From Cyanophyceae cyanobacterium (GTDB lineage Bacteria; Cyanobacteriota; Cyanobacteriia; Cyanobacteriales; JBHJGN01), in the NCBI GenBank assembly GCA_050331735.1, contig JBHJGN010000023.1, forward strand, positions 128,001 to 192,000: DNA of 64,000 bases, in the 5' to 3' direction. Below are positions 40,257 through 51,483 of the stretch, one piece after another (within the stretch, counting starts at the first letter, position 1; every line of letters starts with the position of its first letter). The translations under genes and the position numbers were made by a program. Under the pieces are notes generated by a model. It did not search any database. It was not told the origin of the DNA and saw only the letters and a list, made by a program, of their open reading frames with translations.

Positions 40257-41642
40257 CTAAATGCCTGCTACAAATAAAGCCTCTAACATGAAATTCCATC
40301 CAGTGACAGAAGCGACAGTTGACCGGGTTAAATTCAATAAGAGCTTAGTCAACTTGCATCTTAACTCCTCTAGAGTATCAAAGAGTTCCCACTTGAGATG
40401 TTTTTTGATTTCTTGCCACAATCGTTCAATGGGGTTAACTTAAGGGCTATAGGGAGGTTGAAAAACTAAGATGACATTCTCAGGAAGTTCTAGTTCAGAC
40501 CAGGTATGTAAGCGACCATTATCTAGTTGAATTAGGTGTAAGTCTTGAGGATATTCTTGAGCAAACCAGGATAAATATTCCTGGAAGCAAACGCCGTCTA
40601 CATGAGAGAATTCAGTGCCAAACTTTTTCGGGTAGTATTACATATGTAGTGAAAGCAAGTTTTTTGACATAGTTTCTATTGAAAACGAGAAGAGAATCTA
40701 TACAGAGCATACAAAGTGTCTTAAGATAGCTGCAACTCTTGTCTATTAAGGGTTTTGGAAACTTGCCCTAAAAATCAGCGTTTAGGCTTTATCTATTTTG
40801 CTCCCGATTAATAATGAAGAAATACTATCAGCTTAGTTTTCATTTCACTACTTAAAATACACTACCCTTTTTCGGAGGTGACCTCCGAAAAACAACTGGC
40901 ACGGCAACAAAGCTCTCTCCCGTTCGCGGTTCAACTAATCCATATAACCACAGATAGTCAAAGCACCATTGCTCAATCCCGACAGGTTGTATGCCTCTTC
41001 CAGTCGGCTTTCTTGCCCAGAGCGTGATTAAGCCGATGCGGGATTCGTCCTCACACCAATATCTGATTTTTGGGGATTGATTAACTTTGTGCTTGTTCTC
41101 TTTTAAAGTTGCTTGGGGCGCGTTCCAGCCAGAAGTGGTTCCGGCTGGGTCGCCTCCGCTTTTTTAAAAGCTTCTACAACTCCCGGTTCTTGTTTGTGAT
41201 GTACCGGGCGTGGCACTTTCAACTTGCCTTTGAGTCGATAACGTACCAGTTTATGGACTCCGGTATAACTCATGTCTACCTCATGAACGGCTTTGAGCCA
41301 TCTTTGCACTTCTTTATAGCTAGAAAACCCCGCCTCGTCTTTTAATTCTTGCATCAGTTTTTCTTCTACTTCCGCGCACAGCGCTCTTTTTCTGCCTGAG
41401 CTTTTGCCCTTGAGCAAGAGAGCGGAGATTCCCCCTTGTCTGTATCTACTCAACCACCTTGACACCGTCGTTCGGTGTTTTCCTAGCAACGAGGCAGTGG
41501 TTTCTGTCGTTTTTACTTGCCGAGTTTTCAACCAATACAAGGTTTGAACTCTTTCTTTGACCTCTTGATTTTTGGCAGCTTTGAGCAGCTCTCGTAGCTC
41601 GGCGGCTGATTCCTCGCTCTCTAATTTAATAATTCCGCTCAT
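40257..41642 (-). pseudogene. IS630 transposase pseudogene
   Basis: HTH ORF 41103..41642; -1 frame YWCEDESRIG...GESFVA/EFSHVD...DNGRLH...QPPYSP*VNPIERLW...AGI*; stop at 40440-40442 and a 289-bp insertion. Confidence 0.88.
40614..40902. mobile_element. MITE-like non-coding insertion inside the IS630
   Basis: Removing it rejoins GESFVA-EFSHVD in frame; imperfect terminal inverted repeats GTGCCA..TTTTTCGG..GGGTAGT..GTAGTGAAA. Confidence 0.75.
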
Positions 41643-41808
41643 CTACGCTCCCTTTCTGATTTCTTTCAAGCCTTATTTCCTTCTCTCTATTTGTAGAAGC
41701 TTTTTTTCTATTTCATATTAGAACCTGAAACTCATACAGCTTAAAAAAGCTCTGGCTTGCTTGACTTGCTCTAACCTAAAAATTAAACAGCTTACTGGTC
41801 ACTCAATC

Positions 41809-43026
41809 TTAGCTGCTGCGTAACGCCACAATCGGATCGAGGCGCGCTGCCTGTCGGGCGGGGAATACCCCGAAAAATAAGCCGATGCCGCCAGAAACTC
41901 CCACGGCAACCACCACGGCAACTGGAGAAATGGTGGCCGATAGCGGAGAGAAAGCGCCGACAACAAGAATACCGCCAACGCCAATGAGAGTACCCAACGC
42001 TCCTCCTGCCGCCGATAGAATGACGGCTTCAATCAAAAACTGAACGAGGATATCCTGCTGCTGAGCGCCAACGGCTTTACGCAGTCCAATTTCCTGAGTT
42101 CGTTCAGTGACCGATACTAGCATAATATTCATCACGCCAATGCCGCCCACTAGCAGAGAAATTCCGGCGATCGCCGCCAGCATCGCTGTTAACCCGCCCG
42201 TGACAGTGCCGACAATGCTCAAAATATCCTTTTGGGTTTGCACCGTAAAATCATCCTCTCCCGTGATCTGATGCCGCAGCCGCAGCAAATTTTCGATCTG
42301 AAACTGAGCGGCACTAACGCTTTCTCGATCGCGGGCCGTCACGGATATAAAAGTGACTTCGGTTCCGTAGGGTGACGTGCGACCCACAATTTGATTGGAG
42401 AGCGTTGTTAGCGGCATGAACACCGTATCGTCTTGGTTGTTGCCCAAAAAAGAGCCTTTCGAAGCCATTACCCCAATCACCTCAGCGCTGAGGTTGCCAA
42501 TTCTAATCGATTTGCCCAAGGGATTGCTGTTGCCAAAGAATCGGTCGGCAATTTCCGCTCCCAGAACCGCTACGCGGTTGTTGCGCTGCAAGTCTAACTC
42601 GTTGATAAAGCGTCCTTGAGCCACATCGTAACTTCTCACCGCCAAAAATTCTGGTGTCGTCCCGGTGACTAGGTTACTCGTATTCTGGTTGCGGTACGTA
42701 ATGACCTGCGTAGAGTTAATCTGGGGCGCGACCGCCGTCACGGTTGGCACTTGGGAAGTGATCGCCTCCGCGTCTTCTACGACCAGCGTTCTGGGTAAGT
42801 CAAAGGTGGTATTGCGGCTTTCTCGCGAACCGGGACTGACAAACAACACGTTCGGACCAAGCGACTCGAACTGTTCTGAGGCGAGCCTTTGCGCTCCCTG
42901 TCCAATGCCCACCATCGCAATCACCGAAGCATTGCCGATAACGATGCCGAGCATGGTTAAGCCACTGCGGAGTTTATTCGCTCTGAGGGTAGACAGAGCC
43001 ATTTTAAAGCTTTCTAATCGATTCAT
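41809..43026 (-). CDS. MacB/FtsX-type ABC permease
   Basis: LRSGLTMLGIVIG, GGIGVMNIMLVSVTERTQEIGLRKAVGA, LDPIVALR. Confidence 0.93.
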   Translation of the reverse strand: MNRLESFKMALSTLRANKLRSGLTMLGIVIGNASVIAMVGIGQGAQRLASEQFESLGPNVLFVSPGSRESRNTTFDLPRTLVVEDAEAITSQVPTVTAVAPQINSTQVITYRNQNTSNLVTGTTPEFLAVRSYDVAQGRFINELDLQRNNRVAVLGAEIADRFFGNSNPLGKSIRIGNLSAEVIGVMASKGSFLGNNQDDTVFMPLTTLSNQIVGRTSPYGTEVTFISVTARDRESVSAAQFQIENLLRLRHQITGEDDFTVQTQKDILSIVGTVTGGLTAMLAAIAGISLLVGGIGVMNIMLVSVTERTQEIGLRKAVGAQQQDILVQFLIEAVILSAAGGALGTLIGVGGILVVGAFSPLSATISPVAVVVAVGVSGGIGLFFGVFPARQAARLDPIVALRSS

Positions 43027-44456
43027 TCTTCAGAGCTTTGCCAGAAAAAACGCCTTTCTTCGGGTAAATCAATAAACACGCGGTCTTCAGCGGTAAGGCC
43101 GGAGAGAATCTGAGTTTGGTCTTCTAAAGTCAGCCCAATCGTGACGGGCTTAAATTCCGGTTTGTTGCTCGCATCCGGAACCATTACTCCCGTCTCTCCT
43201 TCTTCGGTAACGATCGCCACCGTCGGCACGACTAATGCCTCGCTAATCTCTCTCCCCAAAAAGGTTACATCCACATTCATCTTCGAGCGCAACTGTTCTT
43301 GTCCGGTTAACAGCGCTACAGTGACTTCAAAGGAGGTCACGTTCTGCTCCACAATCGCTTCTGGGGCTACCTGCTTGACCTGTCCTTGAAACACCTGATT
43401 GGGGTAAGCATCCGCCGTGATTCTCACCGCCTGTCCGGGCTGGAGTTGACCGACATCCACCTCTGGCACCTTGGCCACCACTTCTAATCCCTTGGCCAGG
43501 GCCAAGATCGAACTCGACGTGGCAGAAGCGGTACTGGAGGCGGAGGTGGTTGGCGTGACAAAAGCACCGGCAGTGGCATAGGTCTGAGTCACAATTCCGT
43601 CAAACGGAGCCGTAATAATCGTGTCTCGGTACTGAATTTTGACGTTTTCTAAGTTGGCGCGAGCGCTTTCGGCAGCGGCCTGTCGCTGAGCTATCTCAGC
43701 ATTCGCGCTTTGCTGACGTTGCGCGAGGGCAATTTGGGCTTCGTTAACCGCGGCTTGCAAACGCTCTACTTCGGGGCGGGCAGTACTTTGAGTCTGTTCG
43801 AGGCGCTTTCTGGCTTCAAACAAGCCCGCCTCAGCGTTGCGGTACTCATCCAAAGCCTCATCAAGACGATCTTGGGCTTCGGCTCCTTCCTCAACTAGGT
43901 AGCGGTAGCGACGGACCCGTTCTCCAGCCAGTCGGTAGCGAGACTCTGCCGCGGCCACCTGAGCCTCTGTCTGAGCAACCTCCTGGGGAATCCGCGAGCG
44001 AGCTTCTTGAAGATTGGCCTGCGCCTGCTGCAAACGAGCCTGAAGCTGCTGCACTTCTCCGGGAATCGTCACTTGAGCCTGCTCGAAAGCAGCGATCGCT
44101 TCCTGAAGATTGGCCTGCGCCTGAACCCCCTGAGCCTGCACCTGATCGTTTTTCATCACTGCCAGGGGCTGCCCTTGCTGAACCCGTGCTCCCTGCTCGA
44201 CGAGTAACTGCACCAACCGACCGGGATTCTCGGGACTGATATTAACGCTTTGGATTGGCTCCACCGTCCCGTTAGCGGTGATTTCTACCGTTAAATTCTG
44301 CTGCTCTACGGGGACAGTAAGCTGCTGTAATTTTTCTCTGGCACTCGGGGCTTCTACCGCTAAGTAAGTCGCTACTCCGACGACAATCACGCCGCCTGCC
44401 ATCGCTCCCAAAATCCAGGGAAGGGGGCGATGAAGTTTGCCAAGCCGGGTTTCCAT
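43023..44456 (-). CDS. MacA/HlyD-type periplasmic adaptor
   Basis: N-terminal transmembrane segment, lipoyl halves (VEQGARVQQGQ; ITAPFDGIV), long coiled coil. Confidence 0.9.
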   Translation of the reverse strand: METRLGKLHRPLPWILGAMAGGVIVVGVATYLAVEAPSAREKLQQLTVPVEQQNLTVEITANGTVEPIQSVNISPENPGRLVQLLVEQGARVQQGQPLAVMKNDQVQAQGVQAQANLQEAIAAFEQAQVTIPGEVQQLQARLQQAQANLQEARSRIPQEVAQTEAQVAAAESRYRLAGERVRRYRYLVEEGAEAQDRLDEALDEYRNAEAGLFEARKRLEQTQSTARPEVERLQAAVNEAQIALAQRQQSANAEIAQRQAAAESARANLENVKIQYRDTIITAPFDGIVTQTYATAGAFVTPTTSASSTASATSSSILALAKGLEVVAKVPEVDVGQLQPGQAVRITADAYPNQVFQGQVKQVAPEAIVEQNVTSFEVTVALLTGQEQLRSKMNVDVTFLGREISEALVVPTVAIVTEEGETGVMVPDASNKPEFKPVTIGLTLEDQTQILSGLTAEDRVFIDLPEERRFFWQSSEE

Positions 44457-44776
44457 AGGTAAAAAAGTGTTAGCAATATTTGGGCTTCAAGTCTAATGTT
44501 CGACCGCTAGCGCTCCGCCTCTGAAGACTATTCTAGCTTCCTAACCATCTTTCCTTAGCCGATTAAAGAGGTAGTAATTTCCCTATTTTTTTCTGTTTGC
44601 TGTTTAGATATCAGGCAAGCTCGGAGGCTCTAGACATTTTTCACCCAGTCATCTTCCCCCAGCAGCGCTCCCTTACTCCCTTAAGAACTACTCTAGATTC
44701 CTGACGGGCGATAGAGTTCCCCGAGCCTTCTACAATACGGATACGGATCAATTAGTGAGTCAATCGAAATATTATT

Positions 44777-45649
44777 GTGTCTAAGCGTCTTTGGTTACTT
44801 TCGCTCTTAACCTGTGTCTGGAGTACGGCTTTGCCCGTCTTCGGACAGTCTCTTTTACCTTACACTCCTCGGCTAGATTCCGAGCAGCTAGAACAGCAGG
44901 GCTTAGAGCTAGCCCAAGATGCCATTCAGCTCTACCGATTTCAGCAGTACGATCTAGCATTGCCGAGGGCTCAGCTATCGGTTCAGCTAGCTCCTGATGC
45001 TTTTCAAACCTGGTTTATTTTGGGCAGCTTGTACGTTCAACAAGAAGAGTTTGAGCCAGGAATCGAGGCTCTGCAAAAGTCCCTGTCTCTCGCTCCTCAA
45101 GAAGCCGGAATTTTATTTGCTTTGGGCAACGCCTATTTTCAACGGGGCGATTATTCCCTCGCCGTTGAGCAGTTAGAAGCCGGTTTACAGCTCGAGCCGG
45201 AATCAGCCGAGGGGTTGTTTAATTTAGGCAATGCCTATTTGAAGCTCGCTCAATTTCCTAGTGCGATCGCCGCTTATGAACGAGCTCTAGTTCAAGACAG
45301 CAATTTTTGGCCTGCCGTCAACAATATTGGCTTAATTAAGTACGAACAGGGTCAAGTCGAGCAAGCTATCCAGGAATGGCAAAAAGCGATCGCCATCGAT
45401 CAGTCTCAAGCAGAACCTCGGCTGGCCGTCGCTGTGGCTTTCTATCAACAAGGTAGAGAAGAAGAGGGACTGAGGTTAGGAGAATCAGCTCTGGCGCTCG
45501 ATAGTCGCTACGCCGAGCTAGAATTTCTGCGAGAAAACCTGTGGGGAGAAGAGTTAGTCAGCGACACTCAAAGCTTCCTGTCTACGCCGACTATGCAGGC
45601 AATTTTGGCTCGTTTACAGGAAGAACTGCCCGAAATCGAGCCCGAATGA
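44777..45649 (+). CDS. Secreted TPR-repeat protein
   Basis: Signal-peptide-like N-terminus; repeated LGNAY...A...AL TPR motifs. Confidence 0.85.
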   Translation: MSKRLWLLSLLTCVWSTALPVFGQSLLPYTPRLDSEQLEQQGLELAQDAIQLYRFQQYDLALPRAQLSVQLAPDAFQTWFILGSLYVQQEEFEPGIEALQKSLSLAPQEAGILFALGNAYFQRGDYSLAVEQLEAGLQLEPESAEGLFNLGNAYLKLAQFPSAIAAYERALVQDSNFWPAVNNIGLIKYEQGQVEQAIQEWQKAIAIDQSQAEPRLAVAVAFYQQGREEEGLRLGESALALDSRYAELEFLRENLWGEELVSDTQSFLSTPTMQAILARLQEELPEIEPE

Positions 45650-45779
45650 GGTTGTGCTGTCTTAGTTAATGTAGAGCGACTCCTGTCCTGCTGGCGACTC
45701 CATGAGGCAGAAGCTTGCCGGGATGGCTCTGATATAGTACATATATACTTAAAAGGTTGGGTCTCTCCCAATCGCTCAG

Positions 45780-46184
45780 CTAAGCAGGGCGATCGCCAAC
45801 GGTTTCCAGGATCTGGGCAATAAAACGTTCGTGATCCACAATTGGTTTGGAAATATAGCCATCAGCACCGCTCTGCTTGAGGAAGTTTTCCCGGTCTCCC
45901 TCCATCGCGTGAGCCGTCACCAAAATAACGGGTAAAGACGACGTTTTCGGGTCTCCCTTGAGTAACTGAGTGATTTTAATACCGTCTACCGATTTACCTT
46001 GGTACATACTGTGAGCCAGAGAAACATCCATCAAAATAATGTCTGCTCCTCCGGCTTGAGCAATTTCCATTACCTCTTCTACGTCCTCAGTACTTTTGAC
46101 CTGAAGTCCGCCGCGCTTCGTTAAAATCTTGGAGAAAACGCGCAGATTAATGGGATCATCTTCAACGATTAGAACGGTTGTCAT
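45780..46184 (-). CDS. Single-domain response regulator (DivK-like)
   Basis: VLIVEDD, LMDVSL, VTAHAM, YISKP. Confidence 0.9.
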   Translation of the reverse strand: MTTVLIVEDDPINLRVFSKILTKRGGLQVKSTEDVEEVMEIAQAGGADIILMDVSLAHSMYQGKSVDGIKITQLLKGDPKTSSLPVILVTAHAMEGDRENFLKQSGADGYISKPIVDHERFIAQILETVGDRPA

Positions 46185-46229
46185 GAAAATTAGTTAGAAA
46201 TGGGGTTAGGGGCAGACAGTAAACAAAAG

Positions 46230-46390
46230 AGGAGGAAGGCAGCAGTTGTGCTGGCGAGCAGGAACATTTGGCCAACCGACTCAACCCGAGTGAGCAGATG
46301 GCCTCCCTGAGCCTCAACCAGGTGAAAGCCTCGATAAACCGAAAGGAAAACGAGTCATCTGTTGTCTGTTTCTTGGCTCCATCACTTCAT
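46230..46390 (+). ncRNA. ssrS: 6S RNA (approximate ends)
   Basis: Long rod with central bulge: GTGCTGG/CCATCAC, AGGAACA/TGTTTCT, GCAGATGGC/GTCATCTGT; G-U pairs favour the + strand; CCCTGA..ACCAGGTGAAA..AAACCGAAAGG resembles recalled cyanobacterial 6S. Confidence 0.75.
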
Positions 46391-46518
46391 AATCTAGAAC
46401 AATAGCAACGTCAATTATTGATTTTTTGTATTCTTCCCACAAAAACTGCCAAGCAGCTAGTATTGCTATTCTCAATATACGTCGAATTATTTTTGCGCTC
46501 AGAATCAGGAAGCAACTC

Positions 46519-48996
46519 ATGGCCAAACAATTAAACCTATTGGGGGGACAAGTGATTCCCACCGCTCTCCACACGGAGATGGAACGCTCATATCTTGAAT
46601 ATGCCATGAGTGTGATTGTGGGGCGAGCGTTGCCCGATATCCGAGACGGACTCAAGCCCGTCCACCGGCGGATTCTCTATTCTATGCACGAGCTAGGGCT
46701 GACACCAGAGCGACCGTTTCGGAAATGCGCTCGCGTGGTGGGGGATGTTTTAGGTAAATACCATCCCCACGGAGACCAGGCTGTTTATGATGCTCTGGTG
46801 CGGATGGTGCAGAGCTTTTCGAGCCGCTATCCGCTCCTCAGCGGACACGGTAACTTTGGCTCGTTAGATAACGACCCCCCGGCGGCGATGCGCTACACCG
46901 AGACTCGTCTAGCCGAAATTGCCGACCAAGCGATGCTGAGCGAAATTAGCGAGGCCACGGTAGACTTCACGAGTAACTTCGACAACTCTCAACAGGAACC
47001 GGTTGTTCTCCCAACTCAGCTACCGATTCTATTACTCAACGGCTGTGCTGGCATTGCCGTTGGCATGGCCACGAATGTTCCCCCGCACAACCTCGGAGAG
47101 GTCGTCGATGGTCTCATCGCTCTCATTGACAAACCGGAACTGAGCGATGAAAAATTAGAGGAGCTGATTCCCGGACCCGACTTTCCGACAGGAGGAGAAA
47201 TCGTCAGTCGGTCAGGAATCAGGAATGCTTACCGGACTGGGAGAGGCACGATTCCAGTCCGGGGAGTTATTCAGGTGGAAAGAATTCGTCAAGAAAGACG
47301 ACGAGGACGGGAGAAGACCGCTTTAGTCATTACGGAACTCCCTTATCAAACGAACAAGGCAGGCTGGATCGAAAAAGTAGCTGATTTAGTCAACCAAGGA
47401 CGTTTAGACGGCATTGCCGATCTTAGAGACGAAAGCGATCGCTCCGGTATGCGGGTAGTCGTCGAACTCAAGCGAGATGCCAGTCCGAAAAAAGTTCTCC
47501 GTCAGCTCTACAAACAGACTCCGTTGCAGTCCAACTTTGGGGCGATTATGTTGGCGCTGGTGAATAACAAACCCTGTCAGCTTTCTCTACGCGAGCTGCT
47601 TGTGGAATTTTTACAGTTTCGAGAGCAAACCCTCAGACGGCAGTATACTTCCGAACTAGAGCGCTCTCGCAAAGAAGTGCATAAGCTCGAGGGGCTGCTG
47701 GTGGCGCTCAATCACCTCGATGCCGTCATCGAGATTCTCAGAAGCGCGCCTGATGGCAGCACGGCGAAAGTCACGATGCAGGAGCAGTTAAATATTACCG
47801 ATCCCCAAGCAGACTCGATTCTCTCCATGCCGATGCGCCGTTTGACAGGACTAGAGCGGCAGAAACTCCAGACAGAATACGAGGAGCGACAGCAGCGCAT
47901 TACCGAACTTCAGGGACTGCTGGAAAACCGCCATGAGCTGCTCAAAGCCCTCAAAAAAGAGCTGCGCTCGCTCAGGCGTAAGTTCGGCGACGAGCGACGA
48001 ACTCGCATTATTAGCCCAGAAGAACTCACCACTCCCACCGCAGCGTCGGCTCAGAGCAACACTCCCCCAACCCCCACCCTGGTTCTCCCCATCACCTCTG
48101 CTCCTGAAGATGCTGTGCTCGAGATCACCAAGCAAGGATTCATCCGCTGGCAGGCTTTTCAATCACCGCCGCAGTTCCCTAAGTCAGGAGAAGATTTTGT
48201 CGTTTACCGAGAGCCCATTGCTAAACGAGAAGCGTTAGTTGTCATTGCCGATAATGGCAAAGCTTACCCTCTGAGGATCGACGAGGTACCGCCGATTGAA
48301 GACCAAAAGCCGTTGCTCAGCTTGCTTCCTAAGAGCGCTCAACGGGATGCTCGTCAGGCCGTGTCTTACTTTTTCGGGCCCGATGATACCAACAGAGATT
48401 TAGTTCTGCTTACTCAGCAGGGACGCATCAAGCGCCTATCGCTCGCGGAACTGAACCAGTTGTCTAATCGGGGGCTGGTGCTGGTCAAGCTCAAGGAACC
48501 AGACTGCTTGCGGACGGTCTGCATCACTCAAGCCGGACAAGAAGTGGCGATCGCCACCACCGGAGGACGCATTTTGCGCTTTACCATCGATGAGCAACAG
48601 CTCCCCATCATGGGACGAAGTGCCCGGGGCAATCAGGCTTTACGCCTGCGCACCGGAGAAGCAGTAGCCGGCTGTGCCTGCCTAAACGCAGATGAAAATT
48701 TACTCTTAGTCACGGCCTTGGGCTATGCCAAGAAGCTGCCGGTCAGTGCCCTCCGACTGGCGAATAGAGGCGACATCGGTACGGGGGCAATCCAGTTTAC
48801 CTCAAAAGCAGACCAGCTCGCTCAGATGACGCTCTTTATGGCCGCAGCCCCCATTGTCCTAAGCACGAATACCCCAAGGAATCTGTCCTTCAAGCCAAGC
48901 GCAGTTTCCTTTTGGGGGAAAGACGGCGTTGGTGAACCCGTTGTCACCCTCAAGCCAGACGAACAAATTGTCTCGGTGAGTTATCTAGGACAGTAG
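46519..48996 (+). CDS. DNA gyrase/topoisomerase IV subunit A paralog
   Basis: [22 protein letters not shown]; no QRRGGKG GyrA-box seen, so ParC-like; start taken at MAKQLNL. Confidence 0.9.
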   Translation: MAKQLNLLGGQVIPTALHTEMERSYLEYAMSVIVGRALPDIRDGLKPVHRRILYSMHELGLTPERPFRKCARVVGDVLGKYHPHGDQAVYDALVRMVQSFSSRYPLLSGHGNFGSLDNDPPAAMRYTETRLAEIADQAMLSEISEATVDFTSNFDNSQQEPVVLPTQLPILLLNGCAGIAVGMATNVPPHNLGEVVDGLIALIDKPELSDEKLEELIPGPDFPTGGEIVSRSGIRNAYRTGRGTIPVRGVIQVERIRQERRRGREKTALVITELPYQTNKAGWIEKVADLVNQGRLDGIADLRDESDRSGMRVVVELKRDASPKKVLRQLYKQTPLQSNFGAIMLALVNNKPCQLSLRELLVEFLQFREQTLRRQYTSELERSRKEVHKLEGLLVALNHLDAVIEILRSAPDGSTAKVTMQEQLNITDPQADSILSMPMRRLTGLERQKLQTEYEERQQRITELQGLLENRHELLKALKKELRSLRRKFGDERRTRIISPEELTTPTAASAQSNTPPTPTLVLPITSAPEDAVLEITKQGFIRWQAFQSPPQFPKSGEDFVVYREPIAKREALVVIADNGKAYPLRIDEVPPIEDQKPLLSLLPKSAQRDARQAVSYFFGPDDTNRDLVLLTQQGRIKRLSLAELNQLSNRGLVLVKLKEPDCLRTVCITQAGQEVAIATTGGRILRFTIDEQQLPIMGRSARGNQALRLRTGEAVAGCACLNADENLLLVTALGYAKKLPVSALRLANRGDIGTGAIQFTSKADQLAQMTLFMAAAPIVLSTNTPRNLSFKPSAVSFWGKDGVGEPVVTLKPDEQIVSVSYLGQ

Positions 48997-49038
48997 CCAG
49001 CCGCAGCTCCTCGTGAAGCAGCTCAGGCTCCTGACTTC

Positions 49039-49557
49039 CTACACTTTAGCTTCTAGAGACTTAAGATACTCCGTATTGACTCCCGACTCGCGCGTTAGGG
49101 CAATCTTACCGGTGCGAGCCACTTCTCGAATGCCAAACTTATTGAGCATCTGAATAATCGCTACCATTTTGCCCGGATCTCCAACGACTTCTACCGTCAA
49201 AGTCGTTTCAGAAATATCAACAATCCGCGCCCGAAACACCTGCGCTAGTTCGATCACCTCGGCTCGATTAGAAGCCGTCGCGTTGACCTTCACCAGCATT
49301 AGCTCTCTCTCGACACAAGGAATCTCAGTAATATCTTGAACCTTCAGCACGTTGATTAGCTTGTAGAGCTGCTTAGTCAACTGCTCAATACTGCGCTCGT
49401 CGCCCGGTACGAGCATAGTGATTCGAGAGATGCCTACCTGTTCTGCCGGACCAACCGCAAGACTTTCAATGTTGAAGCCTCGGCGAGCAAATAAACCAGC
49501 AATTCGAGATAAAACGCCCGCTTCATCTTCAACGAGAACCGAAAGAGTGTATTTCAT
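49039..49557 (-). CDS. ilvN: Acetolactate synthase small subunit
   Basis: [32 protein letters not shown]. Confidence 0.96.
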   Translation of the reverse strand: MKYTLSVLVEDEAGVLSRIAGLFARRGFNIESLAVGPAEQVGISRITMLVPGDERSIEQLTKQLYKLINVLKVQDITEIPCVERELMLVKVNATASNRAEVIELAQVFRARIVDISETTLTVEVVGDPGKMVAIIQMLNKFGIREVARTGKIALTRESGVNTEYLKSLEAKV

Positions 49558-49754
49558 AAGCGAAGGCAGCAGATAAGAAAAACGATAAAACCGATGAAGT
49601 AGATTTGCAAACTAAAATTTGCATCCATAATTCCGTGTTGAATTATTATATCTTCTTCCGTCTGGGTGCAGTTCTTGTCGCTGGATAGATGACGGCTAAC
49701 TAGCTTCTACTCATAATATGAGAGTTCACACTTGATTAACACAACAGTATACCT

Positions 49755-50102
49755 ATGGGGTGGCTAAAAAGATTATTCGGCCGGGAAAAACCGGAAAACC
49801 CAAAAGCCTCAATTGCTGGAACCGCCAAAACAAAATCCTCCGGTGGAGACGATATTCCTCCAGAGAGAGTTGGCTTAGAGGGAGAGTATGACCAGAGCGG
49901 ACTGGCAAAACGAGTCGCTCTTGCCTTTGATGAAGATCCAGACCTCGAGGATGAAGATAGACTGTGGGTCGCTCAAACTGGCGGCACAGTAGTTCTCAAA
50001 GGCACTGTTTCTAGTCAATCTACTCTCGACAAAATGGTGAGCGTCGCAAGAGGAGTTAAGGGCGCAACCGCAGTCGATACCGATCAGGTAAAAACTGGAT
50101 AA
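49755..50102 (+). CDS. BON-domain protein
   Basis: GLAKRVALAF...GGTVVLKGTV...ARGVKGA. Confidence 0.8.
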   Translation: MGWLKRLFGREKPENPKASIAGTAKTKSSGGDDIPPERVGLEGEYDQSGLAKRVALAFDEDPDLEDEDRLWVAQTGGTVVLKGTVSSQSTLDKMVSVARGVKGATAVDTDQVKTG

Positions 50103-50144
50103 CGTTCAGGCAACTTTCTTAACGACCACGAAACCAACTGCAAT

Positions 50145-50315
50145 GGGGTAAGGGGAAGCGCCAACGGTGCAGGAAAGGGCAAAGGAGAAGGGAGAAAGGG
50201 AAGATGAAACAGTTTGTTCTCTAGCGCCGTGTTCTTGCCCCGTTCCGAAGCAACTATTTCCCCTTTCCCCGTCCTGGAGGGATCGTTTCCCCTGTCCCCT
50301 GCACCTGCGGTGCTT
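50145..50315. repeat. Modular mini-hairpin/GGGAAA repeat element, copy 4 (overlaps hydrolase 3' end)
   Basis: GCGCCaacGGTGC, GTTCCgaaGGCAAC, GCACCtgcGGTGC; reversed core GTGTTCTTG. Confidence 0.7.
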
Positions 50316-51285
50316 TCAGCCAGCTCACTAGAATTTGATTAACCCGATCTGGACACTCATCATGAGGGCAATGTCCTGCTTCTAGCTCTACAACCTGAAT
50401 ATTGGGGTTTAGAGCCGCAAACGTTTGCGCGAGACTAGCGGGAACCATGCGATCATAGCGACCCCAAATCAGCAAAATCGGAATTTCTAGCGTTGGTAAG
50501 AGGACTTTGGCAGCGGGAGCGAAGTGGGGTTCACCAATGGCCCTAAACAGGGCGCAGAAAGCTCTAGCAGCGCCTTCGTCTTGCGCTGGCGCCGCTAAAA
50601 TATTTACGAGTTCGTCTGTGATCGCGGTGCGGTCGGCATAGGCCAAGCCTGCCCAGCGCCGCACGAACGGTGGTCTTCTCACAATTTTAAACACGGTTCT
50701 CAGCAATGGCGGAGAGGCGATCGCCCCCTTAACCATCGACTCTACCGTTTGCAGCCATCGGGGAAACTGCTCGCGCGCTCCGCCCACATCGGGCAGATTC
50801 AACAGAACAAGCGCTTGAACCATCTCTGGATGAGCGGCGGCAGTTGTCATACAGACGAGCGAACCAATCGAATTTCCCACCAGCACCACGGGGCGACGAA
50901 TGAATGTTTGCCAGAAATCGTAAACCTGCTGAACCCAGAGATGAACGCCGTAGGAAACCGGAGCTTTTTTGGAGCCGCCAAAGCCCAGTAGATCGAGAGC
51001 ATAAACGGCGTGGTGCTGGCTGAGAACCGGAACATTGTGTCGCCATTGTTCGATAGAAGCTCCAAAGCCGTGCAGCAGAATTAACGGCGGTGGATGGTCT
51101 TGAGGGAGCGGGGGTGCTGTTGGTCCGCAAGACTGTTCTGGCGCGACCGCCATTCGAGAGTCGGGGCTACTGGCAAGGGAGCCAAGAGGCATATAGGTAT
51201 AGCGAGTTTGCCAACCGCGCCAAACCCAGTCTCTTTGCCTACCGATGCGCTCCTGCCAATGTCGAATTGTCACCACGGCTCTCAC
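50254..51285 (-). CDS. Alpha/beta-fold hydrolase
   Basis: LLHGFGAS, DLLGFG, GNSIG nucleophile elbow, AGHCPHDE. Confidence 0.9.
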   Translation of the reverse strand: MRAVVTIRHWQERIGRQRDWVWRGWQTRYTYMPLGSLASSPDSRMAVAPEQSCGPTAPPLPQDHPPPLILLHGFGASIEQWRHNVPVLSQHHAVYALDLLGFGGSKKAPVSYGVHLWVQQVYDFWQTFIRRPVVLVGNSIGSLVCMTTAAAHPEMVQALVLLNLPDVGGAREQFPRWLQTVESMVKGAIASPPLLRTVFKIVRRPPFVRRWAGLAYADRTAITDELVNILAAPAQDEGAARAFCALFRAIGEPHFAPAAKVLLPTLEIPILLIWGRYDRMVPASLAQTFAALNPNIQVVELEAGHCPHDECPDRVNQILVSWLKAPQVQGTGETIPPGRGKGK

Positions 51286-51483
51286 TTTAAGAAAATTTAC
51301 ATCTCTATTTTAGAATGCTAGGCAGCTTGTCTGCTTTGTCGCGTAAACCGCCCCGAGTCTGGGCCTCTCACAAATTGAAAGTTTAGTTAATATGTTAGGC
51401 AAGAGGCTGACAGCCTCAGTAGAATGACTAATAAATCTTCTTGAAAGAACAACGAATTACACCGAATCTATTTAGCTACGCTT

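Larger units (their letters stand above)
40245..41720 (-). mobile_element. IS630-family element, inactivated
   Basis: Ends TATGAAATA (40247-40255) / TATTTCATA (41709-41717) with TA nearby; HTH ORF plus -1 frame DDE domain. Confidence 0.85.

Noticed and set aside
40281..40345. attC-like imperfect palindrome (CTCTAAC...)
   Set aside because: It is the coding C-terminus of the IS630 transposase (TVASVTGWNFMLEALFVAGI) on the minus strand.
49039..49557. ilvN as a regulatory partner of the ThDP enzyme at 1..988
   Set aside because: It is 48 kb away, and a stand-alone ilvN is normal in cyanobacteria.
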